A DNA stretch of 64,000 nucleotides from Catajapyx aquilonaris (Eukaryota): assembly GCA_000934665.2 (NCBI GenBank), contig KZ538060.1, positions 1 to 64,000 on the forward strand, given 5' to 3'. Shown here one piece after another: positions 11,553 through 25,522 of the stretch. The translations under genes and the position numbers were made by a program. Positions within the stretch are counted from its first letter, which is position 1. Every line of letters starts with the position of its first letter. Below the pieces are notes generated by a model, which saw nothing but the letters and a program-made list of their open reading frames with translations, was not told where the DNA came from and did not search any database.

Positions 11553-11588
11553 GTCCCTTGAAGTTTCTTATATCTGGAGTCGACTGTA
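11553..11588 (+). mobile_element. Orphan 3' TIR of the pogo/Tigger element with flanking TA
   Basis: Reverse complement reads TA-CAGTCGACTCCAGATATAAGAAACTTCAAGGGAC, which fits the CAGT.. start of pogo/Tigger TIRs and the TA target site; ~150 nt after the transposase stop. No matching 5' TIR seen upstream. Confidence 0.65.
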
Positions 11589-12329
11589 CTTACATTTTGT
11601 TATTTCAGAGACTGTGACTTGACTACTGCATCTGGAGTTACCAAAGTCCATTACAAAATTTTCCCCTGAAAAATGTAGTTGTGTAAGAAAATGTCCTTAT
11701 TACTGTTTATTTAACATCAAATAGTGTACGAATGTCATTTGACAGGTTTGACTGAGATTTTTTTGTACTTTGATGTACACCAAGAACCGACCTCCTACAT
11801 ATACACATGAGATGGACAGTCACGTTATTGTGCTCGTTATGGACGTTACCTGATTTGAACACCCTAATACGAGGGGGATTAAAGTATATGAAATTCCTGC
11901 GTAATATGTAAGGTTATGGCACTTTCTTCCACAGGGTCCTTTGCAAGAACGGTGTGTTCGTGTAATGAATTGACTCGTAGAGCAATTGCAGCCATAGTTC
12001 GCCAACAATAATAGTTTCCTACATAATGGAATGGTACACATATACATCTGAGCAAGTCACATGTGCAATATGCAACGGCCGTTTCTTCATGTGCTTCCTC
12101 AGGGAGCTTGTGCACCCATGCATAATGAGTCACATATGTACGTTGTCTCCACACCTTCACACTTGTACTAAACGAGAGTGTTTGTGTACTGCAATTAAAT
12201 CTGGACTATGCCCTTTGAACGTGCAGGGAAAATTTTCTCCTATGATAATTTTTTTTTCCATTGCTGTCATGTTGACATTTTCCTGGAATTGCTCATTTGG
12301 TTTCAACACAATGTTAAGGATAAAATTTT

Positions 12330-12430
12330 TCTTCCAAAATTCTCATCATTATGGACCTCAAGAGTCCTTCTGCATCTCCTCGCTATTGTCACAGGTCTTA
12401 AAAATTGCGACATCATTGGACAACCCTGTA
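12330..12430. mobile_element. Possible Tc1/mariner terminus relic
   Basis: GGACAACCCTG-TA at 12418-12430 (reverse complement TA-CAGGGTTGTCC); partner TIR not identified and left boundary arbitrary. Confidence 0.3.
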
Positions 12431-15400
12431 CATCGCCCTTAACCTGCAAATTCTCATGTATTTGCACACACCCCATCGTGCCAATTATTTAAATGGCTCA
12501 AATCAAGGTAAGTGACTCTTTTGTGAGAAAAAAAGAGCAGTTCAATCACCTCAACTTACGATTGGTCCTTCGTTAATTAGAGTACACAGCTGAAGTTTTC
12601 CTCTATAATTTATGCACGAAGGTCAAACTGACCGTTTAAAAGAAACAATGTTTAATTCTAACTTCTGAAGCTGGAATATAGGCTATACAGACCATCGTCA
12701 TGGCAACAGGGTCTATAGCTATAGACCCTCTATCCAATTAATCTGGCGAGAAAGTTCACCGTAATTAGAGACACCTTTCCCCACGATGGAACAAAGCCAC
12801 TCTGATGGGATTGTGTGTCCGCTGCGTCAACAGACGTCAAGGGACAGATTTCAGGTCACACCTATACATGTCCAAACCTAATCGAGTCATACACGCTCAG
12901 ACAAACTGGAATCAAGGTCTGCACTACTTCGCGTCACAATAATATTGTTTACTCTGGTATGGCCCCATCGGCAATGTACCGCGTATTCAGGTGCTGGGAG
13001 GCGACCCTAATCTGTTGCACTCAAGGTCAACCATTTAAAATATATTGACCAGTTTTAGTATGCAAACAAGTGATATTTCATGTGAACCTTTTTGCACATT
13101 TTAGCGATATCTACTTGATATTTCCGCACCCTTTGTTACGTACTCGGATATTTTATAGCATCTTCCAAGGACCGGGCCAGAAATTAATTATTCAGCTGAA
13201 ATAGTCCCACTTTCGTCATATAGTAATACGATTACAGGAAAGGCACTTACGAAAAAACCTTGAGGCTTTTTTAATGTCGTGCCCTACATTTTATAAAATT
13301 GCCCACAGTTTCACGGCTCCCATAAAACCGGAAGGATGGCCTTTAATTTCCAGGCTACCTAAGGCTTTGGATATACGCCGAAATCTTCGTGCCAGGTTAC
13401 AATGTAACATCTGAGATTTGTCAAGGTAATAAGTCACCTATAAGATCAGAATAATAGTCGTTTAGACATGGAGATGAATTTGTGGTGGGTGAACGGGATC
13501 TTACTTGAAGGTCTCAGATGCGACGTGTTACACATTTATAAACCAAATCCTGCCATAGAACTATATCTGAGTATGGAAAGTAATGAGTGCACCAACCTCC
13601 ACGTAATAATATCCGGTTGCCCACGTAATATCCTTGTCATGTTTCACCTCGTATTAGACTAAATCCTGACTTTAAAGCTCTAATGAAAAATTACTGCAGG
13701 CTGCACAGTATTTGACGGACGTAATTTCATTGCGTGTAACAGTCCTCTTTGATGAAGATGAGGTCGGGTAGGAATTTGCTGTTGACATGCGCAGGTATCG
13801 ATTGGACTGGGATGCACATTGTCTTACATCGTCTGCGATTATTATGTAACCAAATCAGCCAATTGATGACTCATAGCAAAATACCATTCCAAAAATATGT
13901 TCCGCCCAATATGATTCCTCCAAAAGGCATTGTGACTTGAGTACAGCGTAGGATGGTATCCAGACAGGACATAGATCCCTAACCAGGTGACGTGCAAAAC
14001 TCGGGTTGCACCTTCCTTGAAGGTGAGTGTGTTTGTGGAAGCCGCCCTATTTGCCAACCTTCAGATCTCTCCTTTCCCACGGAAGGCCTGCCCCAGCTCC
14101 ATTACTTTCTATCAACCCAAGGTTGATAGAGTCTGTGTCACGGTACCGCGAACAAAGGATGAGGAGATGTCGTCTCAAAAGATGGCCGCCTGCGCTCCAA
14201 GGCGTGGTCGCGCCTCAAATCCGCATCAGGACCCACCAATTTTCAGGGGGGTTCTTAAACACTCTGGACAAGGATAAGGTCGGGTCATATGAAGGACGAC
14301 TTCTTATTTGGGGTTGTTCATGAGCAAGGACGTTGCCTGCTGGACACACCCCAAACCCACGGGCCATGAAATTGCGTCAGAAAATTTTCCGTCAATCGTC
14401 GTCCTTTCACGGGTCAGCACCAGGAAATGTGGTTCTCAGTTTTAGCAGGTTGCTATAGATAGTTGTGTCTGACCTTTGAGCAGGAATAGGGCTGGGTGAC
14501 CTTCCGGTCCTGCTCTGGTTTATTGGAACAACTTTCGACGTCTAGGAATTATTTGGGGAAACAAGTTTTCATGATTTCACTGGGTTATAATTTTACATGC
14601 AAATATGCTGTCTGTGAATGAACGAAATCAGATGAGCACCTCATTAGTGCAACATTTTTTCTGGAAGATTTCTACGGACCCATGCACCATGACGATAGTC
14701 GTCAACTCTCACCTCTTTTTTTAATGCGTCACTAATTATAGTAATGAAATGACACAAATGTTCTTCATACTACATAATTCCTAATTCTGGAAAGTTCCAC
14801 TTTTGCGTAATGATTGAGCTCATCGGATAATGAGGTCTTAACGAGCTATTCAGGTTATGGCATAGGCAGTGTAATAAGCACGTCATTTCTCTCACAGTGA
14901 GAGGATACAACACGTGTAAATTTTGATACAAAAAAGCCATGGAAGAACTTTTTTTTAATTAAAAAAATTACTATTTGTCAGCGAACGAATGTCAGAAAAT
15001 CATTTCCATAAAACCTGTTGCCCTCAGTAATTTGATTACAGCAGGCCTTACAGTGTATTGGATTACGAAGAGTACTGATGAGTCAAGACACGTTCTAAGC
15101 GGAAGCCGCAGTTTCAAGCTAATAAGACACTAGGTGGCGAATACAAAGCACCTTGTTTACAACATAAGAGACACAGACTAAAGCCACCGATTTTTTTTTA
15201 GCAAGTCATTAGTTCTTTTTTTTTATATATATGCAGGTAATGGCTAGATTTTTTGTGACATCTGTAATTGTCGTGGGTGAAAGTTGGCAAGTTTTTATGA
15301 TACGTCTGGTGATTTTGTTGGGGAAGAAGGTGTCAAAAGAAGTGGCCAAACACTGGGCCCTGTCAGCAAAAATCTTGACCGTGGCCTCGTTTCGAGTTTA

Positions 15401-17523
15401 GCAAATCAGGTGGTCGTTCTGAAACCGAGACAGAAAAGGTTTCTCAACTTTGAGCAATGGGCGTGAATGTCATGATACTTTTTATGAGCTGACTCCCCAA
15501 ATTTCTCCAAAATAATGGCCATGACATATGAGACGCATTCTTGAAAAAGGTTCGACCTGTTTTGAAGAAAATCATCAGGTTTGAATTATTTACGACTTGA
15601 ATTTTGTATAAAAAAATAATGTAAGAATGTCTCAATATGGCCCCCAAAAAATTGTGATATATAAATATGCATATATTGACACTTGCAATGCGCTTGTTCA
15701 AAAAGAAACGGGTTAGGTGAGAATTTGATTGTCGTCCTTGACAACAATGACAATTCTGGAGATGTTCGCATCGTAAAACAATGCAACTAACCATGTCTTT
15801 TCTAGGTTAATAAACACTCCTTGAGAACTCGAGCGTAGTTTATAAGCATTAAAAAATGCCTGCAGCAACTTAATCGACCCCGATCATTATTTACTATCGG
15901 TTTTTAATATTCTCAAAATTTATTCGCCACCAATCTATAAACCAGTTATTTTGTTTTTGTTTTTAGTTGGACACAAGTGCGTTCATACGTATCACAACCG
16001 GATTTTTCGATCATTATTTTCCACGCGTAACAAGTGTATACGCAGGAAAGGATCACAAAATTTCACTCTGCGGAATTGGATTTTTGCTGCTGAAATATGA
16101 CTCCGCCCTGGTGTTGCGCAAAAATAAATTACACCTGCAGTAGTGGTTTGCGGTGTGGAGGCGTCGACGTCTGCATCAGAAAACCACTTTTCCAGAAATC
16201 TGGGAGGAAAATTAATAATTAAGAAGCAGCCAGTAATTAACCTACGCTTTTTAAATAGAAAAGAGTTGGCTCGCCCATTTTTTGCCAAAAGTGAATGCAA
16301 AATGTGACATTTTGCAAACTGGAGGTTATCAAAGGCAGGCGAATTTAATTTGGTGGAGAGCATATTTGCGAAATTATTTTTGCATATCACAAATTTGCAT
16401 GATTCCCAGTTTTTGCTTCAAATAATTACATGGCCTTAGATGTCTGTTCTGAGTTGTGAATTCAAAACAAAGAGTACGTCACAGTAAAGGCGACGAAATT
16501 GGGTACGTCACTCGCTCAAGGTAAGGCCGCAATTGAATTGTCACATTCAAACGGATTCAATCATTGCCTCCGATCAATTTTGCAACGCTCAGCTCTTATA
16601 GGTCACGGTGTTGAATCACACCAATTAAGTCTGACCTCCTGTAATTTGGTACATCCCATGCCCAACACCTACACGTACAATGCGTGAGTTCGCAGGTGTC
16701 AATCAAAAGGGCAATGACTGTTATTTCAACTAGTTTGCTCTACATTGTCATATACACCCAAATCTTAAGTTGTACTAACAACAGCATAAATTAAGCCACT
16801 ATAAGAATTATTCAGAGCCTAACACTATTAATTCGTTATGCAATTACTTTCAATTATAGCCCCTTGGCGTAATGTCCACTCTCATCAAATAGAACTGGGC
16901 TAAATGGCAGGAAATCCTCACTACTTCACCTATTCATAGACAATGTTCTTGTACATATTCCTCCCATGATTCATGCCAGATAGTGGAAGAAACAACCCTC
17001 TTTTCTAACCTGCCATTGTTTCCATATTATTGCACGCCAATTGAATATGGAAAGGAGATCAAGGTTTATTTTGCGTGGTAAAACCCTTTTTTGTATACCT
17101 TCCATCAAATTCGGACCGCAATCACTTAATGGCCCATGGTCCTAAAACCCCTGCCATATTTGGCCAATGGGAGGTGTGGGTGCCCGTCTTTTCTCCTATA
17201 GGAATGATCGATTATAAGAGACGTACAAGGTCCTCGTCTTTTCCGATATATGTCCGGCAGTGTAAGGAAGTAGTGAAAGTCTACGAAACATTCCTGAAAT
17301 CTAGACAGGTTTTAACACTTCCCCTCCACCCCCCTTGTTGGTCACTGTCCACCCAGAAACTGACAAAAAAAATGCGACGCCACAAAATGATGGCCCCCCT
17401 GATGGACAGTGGTCATCTGGATTGGACGCCCAGGCCCGTCCAGTTGGCAGCTGCCCTTTTGGGGTCAAATGTGAGAGTTTGGTTTAAACCTCTGTGCAAA
17501 AGATGCGTATCAGGGCGTGGTGG

Positions 17524-17563
17524 TATATAAAGGCGAGACACAAGCCTTCGGTTCATGTCAGTT
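17524..17563 (+). promoter_or_regulatory. Core promoter of the cuticular protein gene (TATA box + arthropod Inr)
   Basis: TATATAAA at 17524-17531 and TCAGTT at 17558-17563, about 40 nt before the ATG. Confidence 0.75.
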
Positions 17564-17603
17564 GGTGGACCTCGTTGGTTGCGGACGGTCACTCGGATAC
17601 ACC

Positions 17604-19159
17604 ATGTCTTTCTTGAAGGTATTGCGTATACATATGGTAGGAAGTCGTGGGGAACAGTGCGGTGAAGAGTGGTTAATGATTGGATGGCTGGCTTGGCTGA
17701 CCCAAGGTCTCTCAGATGGGTGGGGGTTAGATACCAGAGGATGATGGCAAATATGGGCTTCGTTATTTGGGGAGGATTCTGGTGCGTGGGATTCTTCCTG
17801 GTCCATCCTACCGTGGGACCTTCTTATTATTATTACGATTGTTGAGCTCGGTTGGGAAGGGGGCTGCTGAAATGGGCTGGACAAGTGAGGTCAGTAAGTC
17901 CAATTTGAATTAGGCACATGTTAGCAACATTTCAATATAGCAATTGAGTGAGTGCGAATATGTGCGGAGATTTTTAACTGCTTGTCTTCTTGCAGTTCTT
18001 TGCTTTCGCGGCCGTGCTGGCCGTGGTCAATGCCGGTGGCCACAATGGAGTGACTGAGATCTACAGGCCTGGCCCAGTGGTAGCAGCCCATGCCGCCCCC
18101 TACGCCACTTTCGGAGCAGCGGCGCCCGTTGCGTACGGTGCGTACGGAGGATACGGAGGATACGGAGGATACGGAGGATACGGTGGGTATGGTGCGTATG
18201 GTGGTTATGGTGCATATGGTGCATCCCCTGTGGCCACCTTTGGTGCCCATGCTCCTGCTTACGCAGCTTACGGCCACCATGGCCACGGCTACACCACCTA
18301 CGCCGCGGCCGCTCCAGCCGTAGCCGTCAAGGCCGCCCCAGCAGTGGCCGCAGTGGCTGCCCCAGCCGTCTCCTACGCCGCCCACGCTCCGGTCACCTAT
18401 GCTGCCCACGCTCCGGTCACCTATGCTGCCCATGCTCCGGTCACCTATGCTGCTCATGCTCCGGTCACCTACGCCGCCCCCGCCGTGGCCAAGGTCGCCG
18501 CCCCCATCGCCTACGCCCCTGCTCCAGTGGCCGTCGCCCCAGTGGCCAAGGTCGAGCCCTATGACCCCCACCCACGCTACAGCTACTCCTACTCCGTTGC
18601 TGATGGCCTGACCGGCGACTCCAAGAGCGCCCACGAGACCCGTGACGGCGATGTCGTCAAGGGCCAGTACTCAGTGGCCGACCCCGACGGCACCATCCGT
18701 ACCGTGACCTACACCGCTGACTCCGTCCACGGATTCAACGCCGTCGTTGACCGCCAGGTTCCACATGTCGCCAAGGTGGCTGCCCCCGTGGCCATCGCTG
18801 CTCCAGTGGCCAAGGTGGCCGCTCCCATCGCCTACGCCGCCCCTGCCCATGTCTCCTATGCCGCCCCCGCCCCAGTGGCCGTCGCTAAGGTGGCCGCCCC
18901 AGTGGCATACGCCCCCGCAGCCGTCTCCTACGCCGGATACGGCACCCACGGCCTATCCCACGGCTATGCTGGCCACGGCTACGCTCTCGGCTACGGTGGC
19001 CACGGCTACGCTGGCCACGGCTACTCTGGACTCGGCTATGCTGGCCACGGTCTTGCCCACACCTACGCCGCCCCAGTGGCCAAGGTGGCCGCAGTCGCCC
19101 ATCACGGCCATTCCGCTTACACGTCTTTCTACGCCCCTGGCTACAGTTACCACTACTAA
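17604..19159 (+). CDS. RR-2 cuticular protein (CPR family, Chitin_bind_4), 392 aa; exons 17604-17618 and 17996-19159
   Basis: Exon 1 MSFLK, then a phase-0 GT..AG intron 17619-17995; signal peptide continues [13 protein letters not shown]. Extended R&R consensus [66 protein letters not shown](A/V), GGY and AAHAPVTY repeats. Confidence 0.95.
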
Positions 19160-19501
19160 ACAGGAAGGAACGTTTGGGACGGACTGTTCGTGCGGATCTA
19201 AGTCACACGTGAGGATTTGCCCCAAGGAACTGAGACAGACCAACCCTAGTTATCGACGATAACTCAGGGAATGGGTGGAAAATAATGAAACGCCATTAAA
19301 TTTTCTTTCTTTTTTTATATAATTATTTTGTACAATCCTATTCAAGATCTCTTGTACCGATAGTGTCGCACAGGCTCCGTTATTTTCGACCCGCAGAAAT
19401 ATCACATCATGATTTCCATGATATGATATTTGTGCCAAATACTTTTGTACGTCTTACCTCCAATTTTGTACCTATCGGTCACCATCAATGGTGTCCGACC
19501 C

Positions 19502-19507
19502 AATAAA
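19502..19507 (+). terminator. Candidate polyadenylation signal of the cuticular protein gene
   Basis: AATAAA about 340 nt after the stop, followed by T-rich sequence. Confidence 0.55.
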
Positions 19508-20639
19508 TTTTTTTGATAAACTGTTTTTTCCTGACCATTTATTGCCCATTTTTTAAAATTTTGCAGTGACGTCACACAATGAAAAGAGCTTCCGGTGAAC
19601 TACATATTGTTGTGTGATAACTCCCGAATCCTTCCGTCGGTGAAAGCTCATCAGGCGATTCTTGAACAGACAGATCACGTTCCTTCTCATTGGAGGAGCA
19701 TACAATTAGTCCTATGGAGTAATAAGGGTGGGGTAGGGGGGGGAGGGGAAACAAAGTGGGGCGTTTGGTTTTCTCTTTCGCATTCTCACCTGCAAACTTG
19801 TTGTCCATTTGCAAAAAAACAAAAAACAAAAAAAAATCGGAAGCGACCTCCCAAATTTTGAATCCGCATTGCGAAATATTACACCTTTCAATCAATGCGT
19901 CTTATGTACACAGCCTTGAAGAAAAAGCGAAAGTAGTGGAATTCAACAAAAATTTTGCAGACCGGAAGATACTTCGAGGACGTATCCGCCCCTCATGGGA
20001 ACTCACCCCGGGGCAAAAATTTGCATACCAGCCATGCGACGGTCCCCCCAGGAAATGTGTTAAATCCTTATATGTCCATGGATTGTGCAATGTTGGGACA
20101 AATTTCAACGATTGTCCGACCTTGTCCAACAACCAGTTCTGGCACTTTCGTTGTTTGCTGGTCCGGAACGAATAACTGTATACGGATCTGGAACGAAGGT
20201 AGGTTATAAAATGCAAATGAAAGCATAATATCGAGTAGACTGATCTAAGTCAACTCTTAAAAAGCAAAGTAGGTAGTTTGGAATCTGGATTTGCTTCTTT
20301 TTTCATTACTTTCACTGAGAAAAAGTAGCGTGACCCACTAGTATATGGGAGGGAATTTAGGAGTGATCAACTTTGGTATTTCTTAGCTGAATTACTTGAT
20401 GACAGTCACGGAATGCAGTGGAAACTTAGGAAAAAAGGTCTGGTTAGATATTGATGAGGTAATGGTCATAAAATTAAATTTATTGGATTACCGGATTTTT
20501 GTGTTGGATGGACAGTGCTTGGTATACTTAAAATGAAAATTGATGAAAAAATAATTTGTTTTGCAATTAATATTTCATTTGTTATTTTATTTCATTAATA
20601 AATATTTTATTTTTATTTATTTTACCATATTATGAGAAT

Positions 20640-20864
20640 CGGCGCTCCATTAGGGGGGTAGAATACCACCATTGGATGGGGCCAAGGATATGGAAGGAAG
20701 GAAGCGGCTGTGGCCTATTATACGGAAACGATCCCGGAATTGTCCTGGGAGGACAGTGGAAAACCACAGAAAACCACGGTCAGGATCGCCGGCCCCGGGA
20801 TTCGAACCCAGGACCTCCCGATTAGCAGTCGGACTCCTTAACCACCACACCAACCTGCTTCGGT
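20640..20864 (-). mobile_element. tRNA-derived SINE (resembles insect Lm1-type SINEs)
   Basis: Minus strand: A-box-like TGGTGTGGTGG, B box GGTTCGAATCC (20798-20808), then a tRNA-unrelated body GGTTTTCTGTGGTTTTCC...CCGGGAT...GGCCACAGCCGCTTCCTTCC. Family resemblance is from memory, not from a search. Confidence 0.8.
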
Positions 20865-23800
20865 GCATTAAATATTATAGCAGCCGATATCAAATAAAAT
20901 ATTAAATAAAAAAATGAAAACAAATAAAGTTCTTAGCACTACATAGTTGACAATATTTCCCAAAAAATGAGAAAATCAATTTCCAAAAATGTCAACAACT
21001 GGTGTAATTCTCCAAAGTGAAATGTCCATGGATCGAAAGTTGCCGATCAGCATTCCGATCCTATGTCGCCTCAGAGTGTGAGATACTCGTATGAATGGCA
21101 GACGTTCTAACAGACCGCCCCATTCACACCGATATGTCACGAATATTTCCCATCTCGCGTCGTATGCAAAAAAGGACAGTTAGCAATATTTTGCCAAACC
21201 GGTTGCAATTGGCGAGAAAGTGGGCAAATGGGGGGATCGCCAGAGTAACATAACTAGTGGGACGTAAATCCTGTGCAAATGCGATCTGGTGTAATTGGAC
21301 GGTGTCTTCGACTAGTTTGGCACGTCACTTTGCGAGTACGTAACACCGTGTAACGACCGGTGAATCAACGTCAGGTGTAAACTGGACGGTTGCTCTAGTT
21401 TCTGTTGCAATGGGCAGTGGCAACAGGAAAGGGATATACAATAACAGGGGGCTGGGCCGCCTCATAGTACTTTCAGACTCGATGCATAATAAGTGGAATA
21501 TTAATTGATATAAAACACACTGTTTAGCTTTGCCGATTTTTCTGATTGAAATTGGCATGGCGTTTGGCACGCGAGTGAATGTGCTGTCATGTTAGAAAGC
21601 ACCAGGTCTGGTTTGTTTACGCAAGACATGCTTAACACCCAGTTGTTATAATATTACCAATAAAACAGTACTGCACTATCTATGTAGAGCTACACTCAAA
21701 AAATCGAATCGTAATTTAATTAATTATATTACACCTAGGTCCACATGTTATGCAGTCACGAGTAATAAAAGCATAGCAGCTGTAAAATTTGTTACAGCTG
21801 ACCTTTAAGCCTATATGCGGTACAGAATAATAAATTTTATTATAAAGCAATTAAAACGAGCGCAAAAAATTAATTACTAATGAAACCAGTTTTTAACCTT
21901 GTGCCCTATTTTTGAGAAAATTCTGTGCATTTGCGTGTACATTTTTACTCAAACAGCTTCTAGTGATGAATTGTATTCATTTTTTTTTTCAACTCACTTG
22001 TCAGTGAGAGTATGATATGATAAGAACTTTAAGAAGATCACACAAACTTGAGAAAGTCTGAACACAAAAGAATAATGACAACTCCCTAAACAATATGAAA
22101 CATGAGAACATTAGAAAATGCTTCCTTACCTCATTAAAGGTTATTAGTTTTACCTTTCTTTAAGATCTGTTTCAGATGAACATGTCCCGACGCAGCCACC
22201 CGAACGCACCCTGCGCCGGCGACAGTGACGTCACCGACACCCAATCGGAAATCAATATGCCTTCTCCCAGCTGCTCCCCCAAAGCCATTCCTGCCATGTA
22301 ACCAGGAACCACCGTCGACCCATACCCTCCATCGAAATAAGGAGGGTCAACCCCGGGTGTGCAAGGTTACAACCAGGAAGCGTCCACCCACACACACCCC
22401 TCCATACTCATCGTGGACTCATCTCTCCAGGTGGCAGCAGCACTTACAGGGGGTTGAAAAGGCATACGTTGGATGTGTTCTCATACCAGTGCGCATCGTC
22501 GTTTCACCAAACGCACCTAGGGTCACCAGGTCATCCCTCTAAAACTGCAGGTACAATTTTTAAACACATAACGCACGTGGTCAGCACAACAAAACATTAC
22601 ATAAGTTGTGCGTCTCATCGCCGTAACTTTCAAGGTTGCTATCGGAGCATGACATGTACGATGCACAGTGAGAGTGTGTATGACTTTCGCTTTCGTGTTG
22701 AACGCCCCCCATTTTTTTTATTAAGAGGGGCTTAACTATACAAACAAAAAAAACATGCGGAAACGGAAGGGATTCGCGGTGGAATGCGACATTACGTTAA
22801 TCCGATTCGTTTTAATTGAACTGCGAAGTTTCTATACAGAAATGGGTGGGAGGCATTATGGGAATAGTTGTGGGCTGACATATGTTCTAGAAGTTAACAG
22901 GTGCGGGTGAAAATATGCCAACATGTGCCGGCACAGTTGGGAAATTGTATGGTTTTTCTGTCACATCGCCATCTTGTGGTGACGAAAGTTGACGAAAATT
23001 TTAGCAGCTTTTACATAATAATTATTCGTGATAAATATTACAAACCATTTCAAAATGATACGTTACATTACGCGCACATCCTTTTAAATCACCATATGTA
23101 GGGACGGGTCCAGCCTTGACCTCGAATCCCGAGGGTCATTCCCAGCGTCTTATGCTTAGATTCACATCACGTCATCAAGGTCTGATGCATTTGCTCAACC
23201 TAATATTGACACTTCGGTGCAACATCAGCTGAGTAAGTGAAAGATAAGCAGTAGATAATTATTAATCAGTAATAAGTCAAGGTCAATGAGTCAGACTATT
23301 TTTGGCACTTTTTGTTAGAAATATTTATTAGAAAACCAGCATGGTTTTCTAATAAAATATTTCTAACAAAAACATTCAATGCTGGACTTAAAACCACTAT
23401 AGTTAAAGCCGGGCTCATAACTCTGCAGCTCACTGCCGAAATCCAACACCGGTAATCCAGTGACCACTTCTGACACCTCTATTAACCGCACAGGCCCTTT
23501 TCAAAGAGAAGAAAAAATGGCCGGGATCGTGACACGGTTTTAGGGCAAAAGCTGCCTTGTAACACGGAGAAGCCATTACTCACAGGGGGTACTCTGCCGA
23601 GTAGTTTTGTCTTCCTTTTTTCGCTTCAATCCCACCAACTATTCGTTTCTCGATCGGCCAGGCCAATCTCTTTGGCACGGACCCAAAATGGGTCCCAAAT
23701 TCCCAGAGCCTGAGTCGTGACTCCGGTTTTTCCGCCGTTGTTTGGAATTTACAACTGATGTTGTGCAGTGTTTCGTTACCCCTATTTGTCCAGAGAAAAT

Positions 23801-25522
23801 CCACAAAAGTTAGGTCTATAACTATGATAGTTTAAATCCGGTTTGAAATTAGCCTAATATTTATTTTAATTTAATTTATAACCCGGCGGAATATTTAACT
23901 GATGATATACCACTCAAATTAATATGATAGTTTTTGCCTTGGTTTTCGCAAGTGTCACATCACCCCCCGTGTTTTTTTGGGAGGAGGGGGGAACAAAAAA
24001 ACAACAACTAGCAACGAAAAAAAATTACGCAACTTTGAAGGTGTGGATTAGAAATCGACCAATGCCCATAACAGACCATGATTTTTTCGTCTCGCAAAAA
24101 CGACCTAGACTCACAAAAAGCAAGAGAAACCGCAATTTTTTGCACTACCTTTCGCTCCACATCGCATAAAATTTGAACACACCCTTCCGTAGGTTTCCAT
24201 CCAAAAAAATAAAGGTCAAGGCCATCCAATTTTTTAAACAAATATGTAAATCGACACTATGTTTTACATGCTCTTTTATTGTTTTCTGGAAAGTTGATCG
24301 TTGTATATGAGAGACTCTAGAGAGCTCAGTAGAAAATCCATTTATCACAAGCCGGGCGAGGCAATGTGTCGGCCAAATCCTTCTGGAGCCATTAATTAGT
24401 AATGGGCTCAATCTCATTAGGGTGCCACCTTATACAACTACACGTTCTGCTTGCCTGATTTCCCATGCAACCGGGTTGCGTTATGTTTACGGGCCAAGTA
24501 ACTCTCGCTTTCTGTTTTGAATATCATTTGGAGGCCATTTGAACAATCAGACAAAAATTTGGCAAGTTTTTAATTTTTAGTAGGCCTAATTAATATGCAA
24601 AAAATCAATATTGTGTTACCAAAATCACTTTGGACCATATATAAGCCTGTGAAATGTATGGAAAGGTCATGGTCTGAAGTTCAGAGTTCATGCCCCCTGA
24701 AAAACCTAAACCTGACATTTTCATGAAATCAATTGTACACACTTCCCTTAGGAGCTTTTAGAATCGCAAACAAAATTCTAGAGGACATACCCTTTTGGGA
24801 AGAGGAAAATAACCTCTGTACATCATGGATGACCCGAGTGTGACCCCCCCTGGTTGGCGCAGTGGGATTTCCACAGTGTCCGGCTCAATATTTAAACCCA
24901 CGCAAGAACCAAGTTGGCATGGAGACCAAATTTCAGCCCACGTCCTACTTCCGCCATTTTTTTATCCAATTCTAAGAGGCTGAATGACACGTTCTGAACT
25001 AAAAAACGAAAAAAAAAAGTTGAGGGAACTCTTGGTGTCCAATAGGCAAGAAAACTCGATTAAGAACTAGTTCGACCCCATTGTTACACAAGTTTGTTTT
25101 CCCCCTTCCTCCTTAGGTAGCAGAAGGATTTAACATAGGTGACAAGGCCGAGTTAATGCCGGTCGAGAACGAGGAAGTCAACGCTGCTCTACTTTTTGAC
25201 ATATCTGCTGTCTAAGACCTTGTGATTGCGTGCGTATGAAATTATAAGAGAGTTTTCCTGTACGGATGACAGTCAATTTAAAAAAAATTATTGGAGGCCA
25301 TACATTTATTACATGTCGCGGTCAGCGTTACGGATAGTGACGTGGGGGTCAGTTTTGCCGAGCGTAACGTCACACTCGAGGGGGTGTTCACTTCTGGTGA
25401 TCCGTGTACACCTTCGATGGTGATCCGCGGTGATTCCGGTGATTTTGGTGTACACTTTTGTGAAGTGGTCACACATTTATTTTATTTTAATTTTATTTAT
25501 TTATTTTATTTATTTTATTTTC

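Noticed and set aside
12708..12729. 22-bp perfect palindrome AGGGTCTATAGCTATAGACCCT
   Set aside because: Real but isolated; most likely a MITE remnant, with no further evidence of function.
15070..15115. Hammerhead ribozyme (CTGATGAGTC..GAC)
   Set aside because: The GAAA core that should follow stem II is missing.
17921..19262. Long antisense and alternate-frame ORFs over the cuticle gene
   Set aside because: Expected shadows of a GC-rich repetitive Ala/Pro/Gly coding sequence; no independent signals.
20790..20864. tRNA gene
   Set aside because: A and B boxes are present, but the acceptor stem is poor and the sequence continues into a SINE body.
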